From: Haplodiscus bocki
Taxonomy: Eukaryota
DNA: 64,000 nt
NCBI GenBank assembly: GCA_965655095.1
Contig: OZ296648.1
Coordinates: 151,776,001 to 151,840,000, forward strand
Reading direction: 5' to 3'
Made by a program: the position numbers and the translations under genes. Position 1 is the first letter of the stretch, and every line of letters begins with the position of its first letter. Below, in pieces: positions 31,801 to 46,800 of the stretch. The notes below the pieces were generated by a model. It did no database searches. It saw nothing but the letters and a program-made list of their open reading frames with translations, and was not told where the DNA came from.

Positions 31801-34800
31801 GTGCAAAAGACAACCTTTTAACACGGCAGAAAAAAAAGACCTAAACGTTAACTTCTGGGGTACTAATTTGAAACAAACCACAAGTGTCAGTATACATCTG
31901 TACAATCAGGTTTCATTGGTCCAGACATCTTTGCACATCACGTTCACACCATCCAACACAACATCTTCAGACATACGTGAAAAATCAAACTCTCTAAAAG
32001 CAGTCGACACTCAAACGACTTAGACAAACCTCAGCCGAGTGAAAAAAGCGTTAATAGTCCAAACAACATAAAGGGCAAAACGACCACACAAATTAGGACC
32101 AAAAGGAAAACCATACTCCAGGGACAATTCGATGGCCATGGAAAAATGATGCATGCTTTAGATACCTTTCAAGATCACGAAAAAACGGGTGCAAAAGAAA
32201 AAAATCTTGACACTGCAGAAAAACAACACCTAAACGTAAACTAGAGTAGGATTCGGAAAGAATGCAAAAATGTCAGTACATATCGGTCCGATCAGGTTTC
32301 ATTGGTCCAGCAAACTTTGCACATCACGTTCACACCATCTAACAGAACTTCTTCAGACATAGCTAAAAAAGGAAACTCTCTAAAAAGCAGTCGACACTCA
32401 TACGATTTAGGCAGTCCTGAGCCGCGTGAAAGAATCGTTAACAGTCTAAACACCAACAATGACAAATACTCATTCTATGAACCAGCAAAAGCCGACACCG
32501 AGCACGAAAAGAACTACAGGGTCACCTCAAAACGATCTAATCAAGTTTCATTGGTACAGATATTTAGGATCACGAAAAACTGCATACAGAAACAAACCTT
32601 TTGATACGGCAGAAAAACAAGACCTGAACGTTAACCTCCAGAACAGAGCACTTTCTTCAGGGGAAACATAAGTGTCAGTATACAACAGTCTAATCACGTT
32701 TCATTGGTCCAGACATCTTCGCACATCACGTTCACACCATCTAACAGAACTTCTTCAGACATAGCTAAAAAAGGAAACTCTCTAAAAAGCAATCGACACT
32801 CAAACCATTTAGACAGTCCTCAGCCGTGTGAAAAAAGCGTTAATAGTCCAAACACCATAAAGGGCAATAAGACAACACAGCTTGGGAGCAGAAAAGAACA
32901 CCAAAATCCAGGGACAATTCGACATCTACGGTAGAATGATCTAATCAAGTTTCATTGCCTTAGATACCTTTCAAGATCACGAATCATTGCGTGCAAAAGC
33001 CAACCTTTTAACACGGCAGAAAAAAAAGACCTGAACGTTAACTTCTGGAGTACTATTTTGAAACAAAACACAAGTGTCAGTATACATCTGTCCGATCAGG
33101 TTTCATTGGTCCAGAAAACTTTGCAAATCACGTTCACACCATCTAACCGAACTTCTTCAGACAGCTAAAAAGGAAACTCTCTAAAAAGCAGTCGACACTC
33201 ATACGATTTAGACAGTCCTCAGCCATGTGAAAGAATCTTTAAAAGTCCAAACATCATAAATGACAAACACTCATTCTATAAAACAGCAAAATGCGAGACC
33301 GCGCACGAAGGAGAATTCCAGGGTCACCTCAAAACGATCTAATCAAGTTTCATTGGTCCAGACATCTTTGCACATCACGTTCACACCATACAACATAACT
33401 TCTTCTGACATGGCTAAAAATGAAACTCTCTAAAAAGCAATCGACACTCAAACGACTGAGGCAGTCCTCAGCCGTGTGAACGAATCGTCAACAGTCCAAA
33501 CACCATAAAGGGCAGTAAGAACACACAATTTAGGAACAAAAAGGAAAACCATACTCCGCAGACAGCTCGACACCCACGGTAGAATGATCTAATCATGTTT
33601 CATTGTCTTAGATACCTTTCAAGATCACGAATCATTGCGTGCAAAAGACAATCTTTTAACACGGCAGAAAAAAAGACCTAAACGTTAACTTCTGAAGCAC
33701 TATTTCGAAACAAACCACAAGTGTTAGTATACATCTGTCCAATCAGGTTTCATTGGTCCAGACATCTTTGCACATCACTTTCACACCATCTAACAGAACT
33801 TCTTCAGACATAGCTAAAAAAGGAAACTCTCTAAAAAGCAATCGACACTCAAACGACTCAGACAGTCCTCAGCCGTGTGAAAAAAGCGTTAATAGTCCAA
33901 ACAACATAAAGGGCAAAACGACCACAGAAATTAGGACCAAAAAGGAATACCAAACTCCAGGGACAATTCGATGGCCATGGTAAAATGATGCATGCTTTAG
34001 ATACCTTTCAAGATCACGAAAAAACGGGTGCAAAAGCAAAAATTTTGACACTGCAGAAAAACAATACCTAAACGTAAACTTCGAGTAGGATTCGGAAAGA
34101 AACCAAAAATGTCAGTACATATCTAGCCGATCAGGTTTCATTGGTCCAGAAAACTTTGCACATCACGTTCACACCATCTGACCGAACTTCTTCAGACAGC
34201 TGAAAAGGAAACTCTCTAAAAAGCAGTCGACACTCATACGATTTAGACAGTCCTCAGCCATGTGAAAGAATCTTTAAAAGTCCAAACACATACAATGACA
34301 AATACTCATTCTATGAACCAGCAAAAGCCGACACCGAGCACGAAAAGAACTACAGGGTCACCTCAAAACGATCTAATCAAGTTTCATTGGTACAGATATT
34401 TAGGATCACGAAAAAATGCATACAAAAACAAACCTTTTGATACGGCAGAAAAACAAGACCTGAACGTTAACCTCCAGAACAGAGCACTTTCTTCAGGGGA
34501 AACATAAGTGTCAGTATACAACAGTCTAATCACGTTTCATTGGTCCAGACATCTTCGCACATCACGTTCACACCATCTAACAGAACTTCTTCAGACATAG
34601 CTAAAAAAGGAAACTCTCTAAAAAGCAGTCGACACTCGTACGATTTAGGCAGTCCTCAGCCGCGTGAAAGAATCGTTAACAGTCTAAACACCAACAATGA
34701 CAAATACTCATTCTATGAACCAGCAAAAGCCGACACCGAGCACGAAAAGAACTACAGGGTCACCTCAAAACGATCTAATCAAGTTTCATTGGTACAGATA

Positions 34801-37800
34801 TTTAGGATCACGAAAAACTGCATACAGAAACAAACCTTTTGATACGGCAGAAAAACAAGACCTGAACGTTGACCTCCAGAACAGAGCACTTTCTACAGGG
34901 GAAACAAAAGTGTCAGTATAGAACAGTCTAATCACGTTTCATTGGTCCAGACATCTTTGCACATCACTTTCACACCATCTAACAGAACTTCTTCAGACAT
35001 AGCTAAAAAAGGAAACTCTCTAAAAAGCAGTCGACACTCATACGATTTAGGCAGTCCTCAGCCAAGTGAAAGAATCTTTAAAAGTCCAAACATCATAAAT
35101 GACAAACACTCATTCTAGAAAACAGCACAAGAAGACACCGCGCACGAAGGAGAATTCCAGGGTCATTTCAAAACGATCTAATCAGGTTTCATTGGTCCAG
35201 ACATCTTTGCACATCACGTTCACACCATCCAACACAACATCTTCAGACATACGTGAAAAATCAAACTCTCTAAAAGCAGTCGACACTCAAACGACTTAGG
35301 CAGTCCTCAGCCGTGTGAAAGAATCATTAAAAGTCCAAACATCATAAATGACAAACACTCATTCTAGAAAACAGCACAAGAAGACACCGCGCACGAAGGA
35401 GAATTCCAGGGTCATTTCAAAACGATCTAATCAGGTTTAATTGGTACAGATATTTAAGATCACGAAAAACTGCGTGCAGAAACAAACCTTTTAATACGGC
35501 AGAAAAACAAGACCTGAACGTTAACCTCTACAACAGAGCACTTTCTTCAGGGAAAACATAAGTGTCAGTATACAACAGTCTAATCACGTTTCATTGGTCC
35601 AGACATCTTTGCACATCACGTTCACATCATCCAACACAACATCTTCAGACATAGCCAAAAAAAACTTGCCTAAAACGTCAAAAAACTATAAAAGTTCAAA
35701 CAATTGAGACAGACGGTTGGACGGGTTAGAGAATAGTTAACAGTCCAAACACAATAAATGACAAGCAGACGACTCAGTGTAAGAGCAAAAACTAAAATCA
35801 AACTCTGCGGACAATTCCAGGGCCATGTAAAATGATCGAATCAAGTTTCAATGGTCCAGATATCTTTGCACATCACGTTCACACCTTCCAACACAACTTC
35901 TTCAGACATAGGTAAAAATGAAACTCTCTAAAAAGCAATCGACACTCAAACGACTGAGGCAGTCCTCAGCCGTGTGAACGAATCGTCAACAGTCCAAACA
36001 CCATAAAGGGCAGTAAGAACACACAATTTAGGAACAAAAAAGAAAACCATACTCCGGGGACAACTCGACGCCCACGGTACAATGATCTAATCATGTTTCA
36101 TTCTCTTAGATACCTTTCAAGATCACGAATCATTGCGTGCAAAAGCCAACCTTTTAACACGGCAGAAAAAAAAGACCTGAACGTTAACTTCTGGAGTACT
36201 ATTTTGAAACAAAACACAAGTGTCAGTATACATCTGTCCAATCAGGTTTCATTGGTCCAGACATTTTTGGACATCACGTTCACACCATCCAACACAACAT
36301 CTTCAGACATAGATGAAAAATCAAACTCTCTAAAAGCAGTCGACACTCAAACGACTCAGGCAGTCCTCAGCCGTGTGAAAGAATCTTTAAATGTCCAAAC
36401 ATCATAAATGACAATTAATCATTCTATAAAACAGCAAAAGAAGACACCGCGCACGAAGGAGAATTCCAGGGTCATCTCAAAACGATCTAATAACGTTTCA
36501 TTGGTCCAGACATCTTTGCACATCACGTTCAGACAATCCGACATATCTTCTTCAGACATAGCCAAAAAAACTTGCCTAGAACGTCAAAAAACTATCAAAG
36601 TTCACAATTGAGACAGACGGTTGGACGGATTAGAGAATAGTTAACAGTCCAAACACAATAAATGACAAGCAGACGACTCAGTGTAAGAGCAAAAACTAAA
36701 ATCAAACTCTGCGGACAATTCCACGGCCACTGTAAAATGATCGAATCAAGTTTCAATGGTCCAGATATCTTTGCACATCACGTTCACACCTTCCAACACA
36801 ACTTCTTCAGACATAGGTAAAAATGAAACTCTCTAAAAAGCAATCGACACTCAAACGACTGAGGCAGTCCTCAGCCGTGTGAACGAATCGTTAACAGTCC
36901 AAACACCATAAAGGGCAATAAGAACACACAATCTAGGAACAAAAAAGAAAACCCTACTCAGGGGACAACTCGACGCCCACGGTACAATGATCTAATCATG
37001 TTTCATTCTCTTAGATACCTTTCAAGATCACGAATCATTGCGTGCAAAAGCCAAGCTTTTAACACGGCAGAAAAAAAAGACCTGAACGTTAACTTCTGGA
37101 GTACTATTTTGAAACAAAACACAAGTATCAGTATACATCTGTCCAATCAGGTTTCATTGGTCCAGACATTTTTGGACATCACGTTCACACCATCCAACAC
37201 AACATCTTCAGACATAGGTGAAAAATCAAACTCTCTAAAAGCAGTCGACACACAAACGAATCAGGCAGTCTTCAGCCGTGTGAAAGAATCTTTAAAAGTC
37301 CAAACATCATAAATGACAATTAATCATTCTATAAAACAGCAAAAGAAGACACCGCGCACGAAGGAGAATTCCAGGGTCATCTCAAAACGATCTAATCACG
37401 TTTCATTGGTCCAGACATCCTTGTACATCACGTTCACACAATCCGACATATCTTCTTCAGACATAGCCAAAAAAACTTGCCTAAAACGTCAAAAAACTAT
37501 CAAAGTTCAAACAATTGAGACAGGGTTGGACGGGTTAGAGAATGGTTAACAGTCCAAACACAATAAATGACAAACAGACGACTCAGTGTAAGAGCAAAAA
37601 GCAATATCAAACTCTGGGGACAAATCCACGGCCACTGTAAAAAGATCGAATCAAGTTTCAATGGTCCAGATATCTTTGCACATCACGTTCACACCTTCCA
37701 ACACAACTTCTTCAGACATAGGTAAAAAGGAAACTCTCTAAAAAGCAGTCGACACTCAAACGACTTGGGTAGTCCTCAGCCGTGTGAACGAATCGTTAAC

Positions 37801-40800
37801 AGTCCAAACACCATAAAGGGCAATAAGAACACACAATTTAGGAGCAAAAAGGAAAACCATACTCCGAGGACAACTCGACGCCCACGGTAGAATGATCTAA
37901 TCAAGTTTTCAATGTTTTAGATACCTTTCAAGAGCACGAAACATTGCGTGCAGAAGCCAACGTTTTAACACGGCAGAAAAACAAGAGCTAAACGTTAACT
38001 TCTAGAGTACTATTTTGAAACAAACCACAAGTGTCAGTATACATCTGTACAATCAGGTTTCATTGGTCCAGACATCTTTGCACATCACGTTCACACCATC
38101 CAACACAACATCTTCAGACATACGTGAAAAATCAAACTCTCTAAAAGCAGTCGACACTCAAACGACTTAGACAGTCTTCAGCCGTGTGAAAAAAGCGTTA
38201 ATAGTCCAAACACCATAAAAGGCAAAACGACCACGAAAATTAGGACCAAAAAGGAATACCATACTCCAGGGACAATTCAATGGCCATGGTAAAATGATGC
38301 CTGCTTTAGATACCTTCCAAGATCACGAAAAAATGGGTGCAAAAGCAAAAATTTTGACACCGCAGAAAAACAAGACCTAAACGTTAACTTCTGGAGTACG
38401 AATCGGAAGGAAACCAAAAATGTCAATACATATCTGTCCGATCAAGTTTCGTTGGTCCAGAAAACTTTGCACATCACGTTCACACCATCCAACACAACTT
38501 TTTCAGACAAAGGTAAAACATGAAACTCTTAAAAGAACAAACCACACCCAAACGACTTAGGCAGTCCTCAGCCGTGTGAAAGAATCGTTAACAGTCCAAA
38601 CACCATAAAGGGCAATACGACCACAAAAATTAGGAGCAAAAGGGAATACCATACTCCAGGGAAAATTCGACAGCCATGGTAAAATGATTCAATCAAGTTT
38701 TCTTGCATTAGATACCTTTCAAGATCACGAAAAAATGGGTGCAAAAGCAAACCATTTAAAACGGCAGAAAAACAAGACCTGAACGTTAACCTCCAGAACA
38801 GAGCACTTTCTTCAGGGGAAACATAAGTGTCAGTATACAACAGTCTAATCACGTTTCATTGGTCCAGACATCTTCGCACATCACGTTCACACCATCTAAC
38901 AGAACTTCTTCAGACATAGCTAAAAAAGGAAACTCTCTAAAAAGCAATCGACACTCAAACCATTTAGACAGTCCTCAGCCGTGTGAAAAAAGCGTTAATA
39001 GTCCAAACACCATAAAGGGCAATAAGACAACACAGCTTGGGAGCAGAAAAGAACACCAAAATCCAGGGACAATTCGACATCTACGGTAGAATGATCTAAT
39101 CAAGTTTCATTGCCTTAGATACCTTTCAAGATCACGAATCATTGCGTGCAAAAGCCAACCTTTTAACACGGCAGAAAAACAAGACCTGAACGTTAACTTC
39201 TGGCGTACTATTTTGAAACAAACCACAAGTGCCAGTATACATCTGTCCAATCAAGTTTCATTGGTCCAGACATCTTTGCACATCACGTTCACACCATCCA
39301 ACACAACATCTTCAGACATAGCTAATAAAGGAAACTCTCTAAAAAGCAATCGACACTCAAACGACTTAGACAGTCCTCAGCCGTGTGAAAAGAGCGTTAA
39401 TAGTCCAAACACCATAAAAGGCAATACGACCACAAAAATTAGGAGCAAAAGGGAATACCATACTTCAGGGAAAATTCGACAGCCATGGTAAAATGATTCA
39501 ATCAAGTTTCCTTGCATTAGATACCTTTCAAGATCACGAAAAAATGGGTGCAAAAGCAAACCATTTAAAACGGCAGAAAAACAAGACCTGAACGTTAACC
39601 TCCAGAACAGAGCACTTTCTTCAGGGGAAACATAAGTGTCAGTATACAACAGTCTAATCACGTTTCATTGGTCCAGACATCTTCGCACATCACGTTCACA
39701 CCATCTAACAGAACTTCTTCAGACATAGCTAAAAAAGGAAAGTCTCTAAAAAGAAATCGACACTCAAACCATTTAGACAGTTCTCAGCCGTGTAAAAAAA
39801 AAGCGTTAATAGTCCAAACACCATAAAGGGCAATAGGACCACACAGTTTGGGAGCAGAAAAGAACACCAAAATCCAGGGACAATTCGACATCCACGGTAG
39901 AATGATCTAATCAAGTTTCATTGCCTTAGATACCTTTCAAGATCACGAATCATTGCGTGCAAAAGCCAACCTTTTAACACGGCAGAAAAACAAGACCTGA
40001 ACGTTAACTTCTGGCGTACTATTTTGAAACAAACCACAAATGCCAGTATACATCTGTCCAATCAAGTTTCATTGGTCCAGACATCTTTGCACATCACGTT
40101 CACACCATCCAACACAACATCTTCAGACATAGCTAAAAAAGGAAACTCTCCAAAAAGCAATCGACACTCAAACGACTTAGACAGTCCTCAGCCGTGTGAA
40201 AAGAGCGTTAATAGTCCAAACACCATAAAAGGCAATACGACCACAAAAATTAGGAGCAAAAGGGAATACCATACTTCAGGGAAAATTCGACAGCCAAGGT
40301 AAAATGATTCAATCAAGTTTCCTTGCATTAGATACCTTTCAAGATCACGGAAAAATGGGTGCAAAAGCAAACCATTTAAAACGGCAGAAAAACAAGACCT
40401 GAACGTTAACCTCCAGAACAGAGCACTTTCTTCAGGGGAAACATAAGTGTCAGTATACAACAGTCTAATCACGTTTCATTGGTCCAGACATCTTTTGCAC
40501 ATCACGTTCACACCATCTAACAGAACTTTATCAGACAAAGCTAAAAAAGGAAACTCTCTTAAAAGCCATCGACACTCAAACGATTTAGACAGTCCTCAGC
40601 CGTGTGAAAAAAGGCGTTAAAAATCCAAACATCAAAAATGGCAAATACTCATTCTATGAAACAGCAAAAGGCGACACCGCGCACGAAGGAGAATTCCAGG
40701 GTCATTTCAAAACGATCTAATCATGTTTCATTGGTCCAGATATCTCAGATCACTAAAAAAAGTCGTGCAAAAGCAAACCTTTTATTACGGCAGAAAAAAA

Positions 40801-43800
40801 AGAGGCTTGAACGTTAACATCCAGGGCAGAGTACTATTCTCAGAAGCAATAAAAGTGTCAGTATACAACAGTCTAATCAAGTTTCATTGGTCCAGACATC
40901 TTTGTACATCACGTTCACACCATCTAACAAAACCTCTTCAGACATACCTAAAAAAGGAAACACTCTAAAAAGCAATCGACACTCAAACGATTTGGACAGT
41001 CTTCAGCTTTGCGGAAAAAACCGTTAACAATCCAAACACCATAAAGGGCAGTAAGACCACACGATTTAGGAGCAAAAAGGAACATCATACTCCAGGGACA
41101 ATTCGACGGCCACAATCAAGTTTCATTGCTCTAGATACCTTTCAAGATCACGAATCATTCCATGCAAAAGCCAACCTTTTAACACGGCAGAAAGACAAGA
41201 CCTGAACGTTAACTTCTGGCGTACTATTTTGAAACAAACCACAAGTGTCAGTATACGTCTGTCCAATCAGGTTTCATTGGTCCAGACATCTTTGCACATC
41301 ACGTTCACACCATCCAAAACATCTTCTTTACACACAGGTAAAAGACTTCCTTAAAACTTCAGAAACCTATCCATGTTCAAACGATTGTGACAGACGGTTA
41401 GAGGTGTCAGAGTACAGTTGACAGTCCCAACACAAAAAAGGGCTATAAGACAACACAATTTAGGAGCAAAAAGATTAGCATACTTCAGGAACAAATCGAC
41501 GGCCACGGAGCAATGATCTGATCAAGTTTCATTGCTATAGATACCCTCAAAATTACAAAATGTTGCGTGCAAAAGCAAACCTTTTAACACGGCAGAAAAA
41601 CAAGACCTGAACATTAACTTCTGGCGTACTAATTTGAAACAAAGCACAAGTGTCAGTATACATCTGTCCAATCAAGTTTCATTGGTCCAGACATCTTTGC
41701 ACATCACGTTCACACCATCCAACACAACATCTTCAGACATAGCTAAAAAAGGAAACTCTCCAAAAAGCAATCGACACTCAAACGACTTAGACAGTCCTCA
41801 GCCGTGTGAAAAGAGCGTTAATAGTCCAAACACCATAAAAGGCAATACGACCACAAAAATTAGGAGCAAAAGGGAATACCATACTTCAGGGAAAATTCGA
41901 CAGCCAAGGTAAAATGATTCAATCAAGTTTCCTTGCATTAGATACCTTTCAAGATCACGGAAAAATGGGTGCAAAAGCAAACCATTTAAAACGGCAGAAA
42001 AACAAGACCTGAACGTTAACCTCCAGAACAGAGCACTTTCTTCAGGGGAAACATAAGTGTCAGTATACAACAGTCTAATCACGTTTCATTGGTCCAGACA
42101 TCTTTTGCACATCACGTTCACACCATCTAACAGAACTTTATCAGACAAAGCTAAAAAAAGGAAACTCTGTTAAAAGCCATCGACACTCAAACGATTTAGA
42201 CAGTCCTCAGCCGTGTGAAAAAAGGCGTTAAAAATCCAAACATCAAAAATGGCAAATACTCATTCTATGAAACAGCAAAAGGCGACACCGCGCACGAAGG
42301 AGAATTCCAGGGTCACTTCAAAACGATCTAATCATGTTTCATTGGTCCAGATATCTAAGATAACTAAAAAAATCGTGCAAAAGCAAACCTTTTATTATGG
42401 CAGAAAAAAAAGCTTGAACGTTAACATCCAGAGCAGAGTACTATATTCAGAAGAAACAAAAGTGTCAGTATACAACAATCTAATCACGTTTAATTGGTCC
42501 AGACATCTTTGCACATCACGTTCACACCATCTAACGGAACTTCTTCAGACATAGCCAAAAAAAAACTCTCTAAAAACCAATCGACACTCAAACGATTTAG
42601 ACAGTCCTCAGCCGTGTGGAAAAAGCGTTAAAAATCCAAACATCATAAATGGCAAATACTCATTCTATAAAACAGCAAAAGGCGACACCGCGCACGAAGG
42701 AGAATTCCAGGGTCACTTCAAAACGATCTAATCGTTTCATTGGTCCATATATCCAAGAGCACTAAAAAATTCGTGCAAAAGCAAACCTTTTATTACGGCA
42801 GAAAAAAAAGAGGCTTGAACGTTAACATCCAGGGCAGAGTACTATTCTCAGAAGCAATAAAAGTGTCAGTATACAACAGTCTAATCAAGTTTCAATGGTC
42901 CAGACATCTTTGTACATCACGTTCACACCATCTAACAGAACCTCTTCAGACATAGCTAAAAAAGGAAACTCTCTAAAAAGCAATCGACACTCAAACGATT
43001 TGGACAGTCTTCAGCTTTGCGGAAAAAACCGTTAACAATCCAAACACCATAAAGGGCAGTAAGACCACACGATTTAGGAGCAAAAAGGAACATCATACTC
43101 CAGGGACAATTCGACGGCCACAATCAAGTTTCATTGCTCTAGATACCTTTCAAGATCACGAATCATTCCATGCAAAAGCCAACCTTTTAACACGGCAGAA
43201 AGACAAGACCTGAACGTTAACTTCTGGCGTACTATTTTGAAACAAATCACAAGTGTCAGTATACGTCTGTCCAATCAGGTTTCATTGGTCCAGACATCTT
43301 TGCACATCACGTTCACACCATCCAAAACATCTTCTTCACACACAGGTAAAAAACTTGCTTAAAACGTCAGAAACCTATCGAAGTTCAAACGATTGTGACA
43401 CACGGTTAGACGTGTCAGAGTATAGTTGACAGTCCAAACACAAAAGAAGGCTATAAGACAACAAACTTAGGAGCAAAAAGAATAGAATACTCCAGGAACA
43501 ATTCGACGGCCACGGAGGAATGATCTGATCAAGTTTCATTGCTCTAGATACCTTTCAAGATCACAAAATGTTGCGTGCAAAAGCCAACCTTTTGCCACGG
43601 CAGAAAAACTAGAATTGAACGTTAATTTCCAGAGCAGAGTACTATGTTCAGTGGGAACAAAAGTGTCAGTATACAGCAGTCTAATCACGTCTCACTGGTT
43701 CAGACATCTTTGCACATCACGTTCACACCAACGAACATAACCTCTGACAAAGCTAAAAAAAATGAAACATTTTAAAAAGCAGTCGACACTCAAACAACTT

Positions 43801-46800
43801 AGGCAGTCCTCAGCCATGTGAAAGAATCTTTAAAAGTCCAAATATCATAAATGACAAACACTCATTCCAGAAAACAGCACAAGGCGACACCGCGCACGAA
43901 GGAGAATTGCAGGGTCACTTCAAAACGATCTAATCAGGTTTCGTTGGTACAGATATCTAAGATCACTAAAAAATTCGTGCAAAAGCAAACTTTTTCTTAC
44001 GGCAGAAAAGAGGCTTGAACGTTAACATCCAGAGCAGAGTACTATATTCAGAAACAAAAGTGTCAGTATACAACAGTCTAATCACGTTTCATTGGTCCAG
44101 ACATCTTTGCACATCACGTTCACACCATCCAACACAACATCTTCAGACATACGTGAAAAATGAAACTCTCTAAAAGCAGTGGACACTCAAACGATTTAGA
44201 CAGTCCTCAGCCGTGTGGAAAAAGCGTTAAAAATCCAAACATCATAAATAGCAAATACTCATTCTATAAAACATCAAAAGGCGACACCGCGCACGTAGGA
44301 GAATTCCAGGGTCACTTCAAAACCATCTAATCATGTTTCATTGGTCCAGATATCTCAGATCACTAAAAAATTCGTGCAAAAGCAAACCTTTTATTACGGC
44401 AGAAAAAAGAGGCTTGAACGTTAACATCCAGAGCAGAGTACTATATTCAGAAGCAACAAAAGTGTCAGTATACAACAGTCTAATCAAGTTTCATTTGTCC
44501 AGACATCTTTGCACATCACGTTCACACCATCTAACAGAACTTCTTCAGACATACGTGAAAACTGAAACTCTATAAAAGCAGTCGACACTCGACGACTCAG
44601 GCAGTCCTCAGCCGTGTGAAAGAATCGCTGAAAACCCACACATCATAAAAGACAAATACTTATTCTATAAAACAGCAAAAGGCGACACCGAGCACGAAAG
44701 AGAAATCCAGGGTCACCTCAAAACGATCTCATCAGGTTTCGTTGGTACAGATATCTAAGATCACTAAAAAATTCGTGCGAAAGCAAACCTTTTGCCACGG
44801 CAGAAAAACTAGAATTTAACGTTAATTTCCAGAGCAGAGTACTATATTCAGAAACAAAAGTGTCAATATACAACAGTCTAATCACGTTTCATTGGTCCAG
44901 ACATCTTTGCACATCACCTCACACCATCTAACAGAACCTCTTCAGACATAGCTAAAAAAGGAAACTCTCTAAAAAGCAATCGACACTCAAACGACTTAGA
45001 CAGTCTTCACCCGTGCGGAAAAGGCGTTAAAAATCCAAACATCAAAAATGGCAAAGACTCATTCTATAAAACAGCAAAAGGCAACACCGCACACGAAGGA
45101 GAATTCCAGGGTCACTTCAAAACGATTTAACCAAGTTTCATTGGTGCAGATATCTAAGATCACTAAAAAATTCGTGCAAAAGCAAATCTTTTATTCCGGC
45201 AGAAAAAAAGAGACTTGAACGTTAACATCCAGAGCAGAGCACTATATTCAGAAGAAACAAAAGTGTCAGTATACAACAGTCTAATCACGTTTCATTGGTC
45301 CAGACATCTTTGCACATCACGTTCACACCATCCAACACAACATCTTCAGACATACGTGAAAAATGAAACTCTCTAAAAGCAGTGGACACTCAAACGATTT
45401 AGACAGTCCTCAGCCGTGTGGAAAAAGCGTTAAAAATCCAGACATCATAAATAGCAAATACTCATTCTATAAAACATCAAAAGGCGACACCGCACACGAA
45501 GGAGAATTCCAGGGTCACTTCAAAACGATTTAACCAAGTTTCATTGGTCCAGATATCTAAGATCACTAAAAAATTCGTGCAAAAGCAAATCTTTTATTCC
45601 GGCAGAAAAAAAGAGACTTGAACGTTAACATCCAGAGCAGAGCACTATATTCAGAAGAAACAAAAGTGTCAGTATACAACAGTCTAATCACGTTTCATTG
45701 GTCCAGACATCTTTGCACATCACGTTCACACCATCTAACAGAACTTCTTCAGACATAGCTTAAAAAAGAAAACTCTCCAAAAACCAATCGACACTCAAAC
45801 GATTTAGACAGTCCTCAGCCGTGTGCAAAAAGCGTTAAAAATCCAAACATCATAAATGGCAAATACTCATTCTATAAAACAGCAAAAGGCGACACCGCGC
45901 ACGAAGGAGAATTCCAGGGTCATTTCAAAACGATCTAATCATGTTTCATTGGTCCAGATATCTCAGATCACTAAAAAAAGTCGTGCAAAAGCAAACCTTT
46001 TATTACGGCAGAAAAAACAGGCTTGAACGTTAACATCCAGAGCAGAGTACTATATTCAGAAGAAACAAAAGTGTCAGTATACAACAGTCTAATCACGTTT
46101 CATTGGTCCAGACATCTTTGCACATCACGTTCACACCATCCAACACAACATCTTCAGACATACGTGAAAAATGAAACTCTCTAAAAGCAGTGGACACTCA
46201 AACGATTTAGACAGTCCTCAGCCGTGTGGAAAAAGCGTTAAAAATCCAAACATCATAAATAGCAAATACTCATTCTATAAAACATCAAAAGGCGACACCG
46301 CACACGAAGGAGAATTCCAGGGTCACTTCAAAACGATTTAACCAAGTTTCATTGGTCCAGATATCTAAGATCACTAAAAAATTCGTGCAAAAGCAAATCT
46401 TTTATTCCGGCAGAAAAAAAAGAGACTTGAACGTTAACATCCAGAGCAGAGCACTATATTCAGAAGAAACAAAAGTGTCAGTATACAACAGTCTAATCAC
46501 GTTTCATTGGTCCAGACATCTTTGCACATCACGTTCACACCATCTAACAGAACTTCTTCAGACATAGCTTAAAAAAGAAAACTCTCCAAAAACCAATCGA
46601 CACTCAAACGATTTAGACAGTCCTCAGCCGTGTGCAAAAAGCGTTAAAAATCCAAACATCATAAATGGCAAATACTCATTCTATAAAACAGCAAAAGGCG
46701 ACACCGCGCACGAAGGAGAATTCCAGGGTCATTTCAAAACGATCTAATCATGTTTCATTGGTCCAGATATCTCAGATCACTAAAAAAAGTCGTGCAAAAG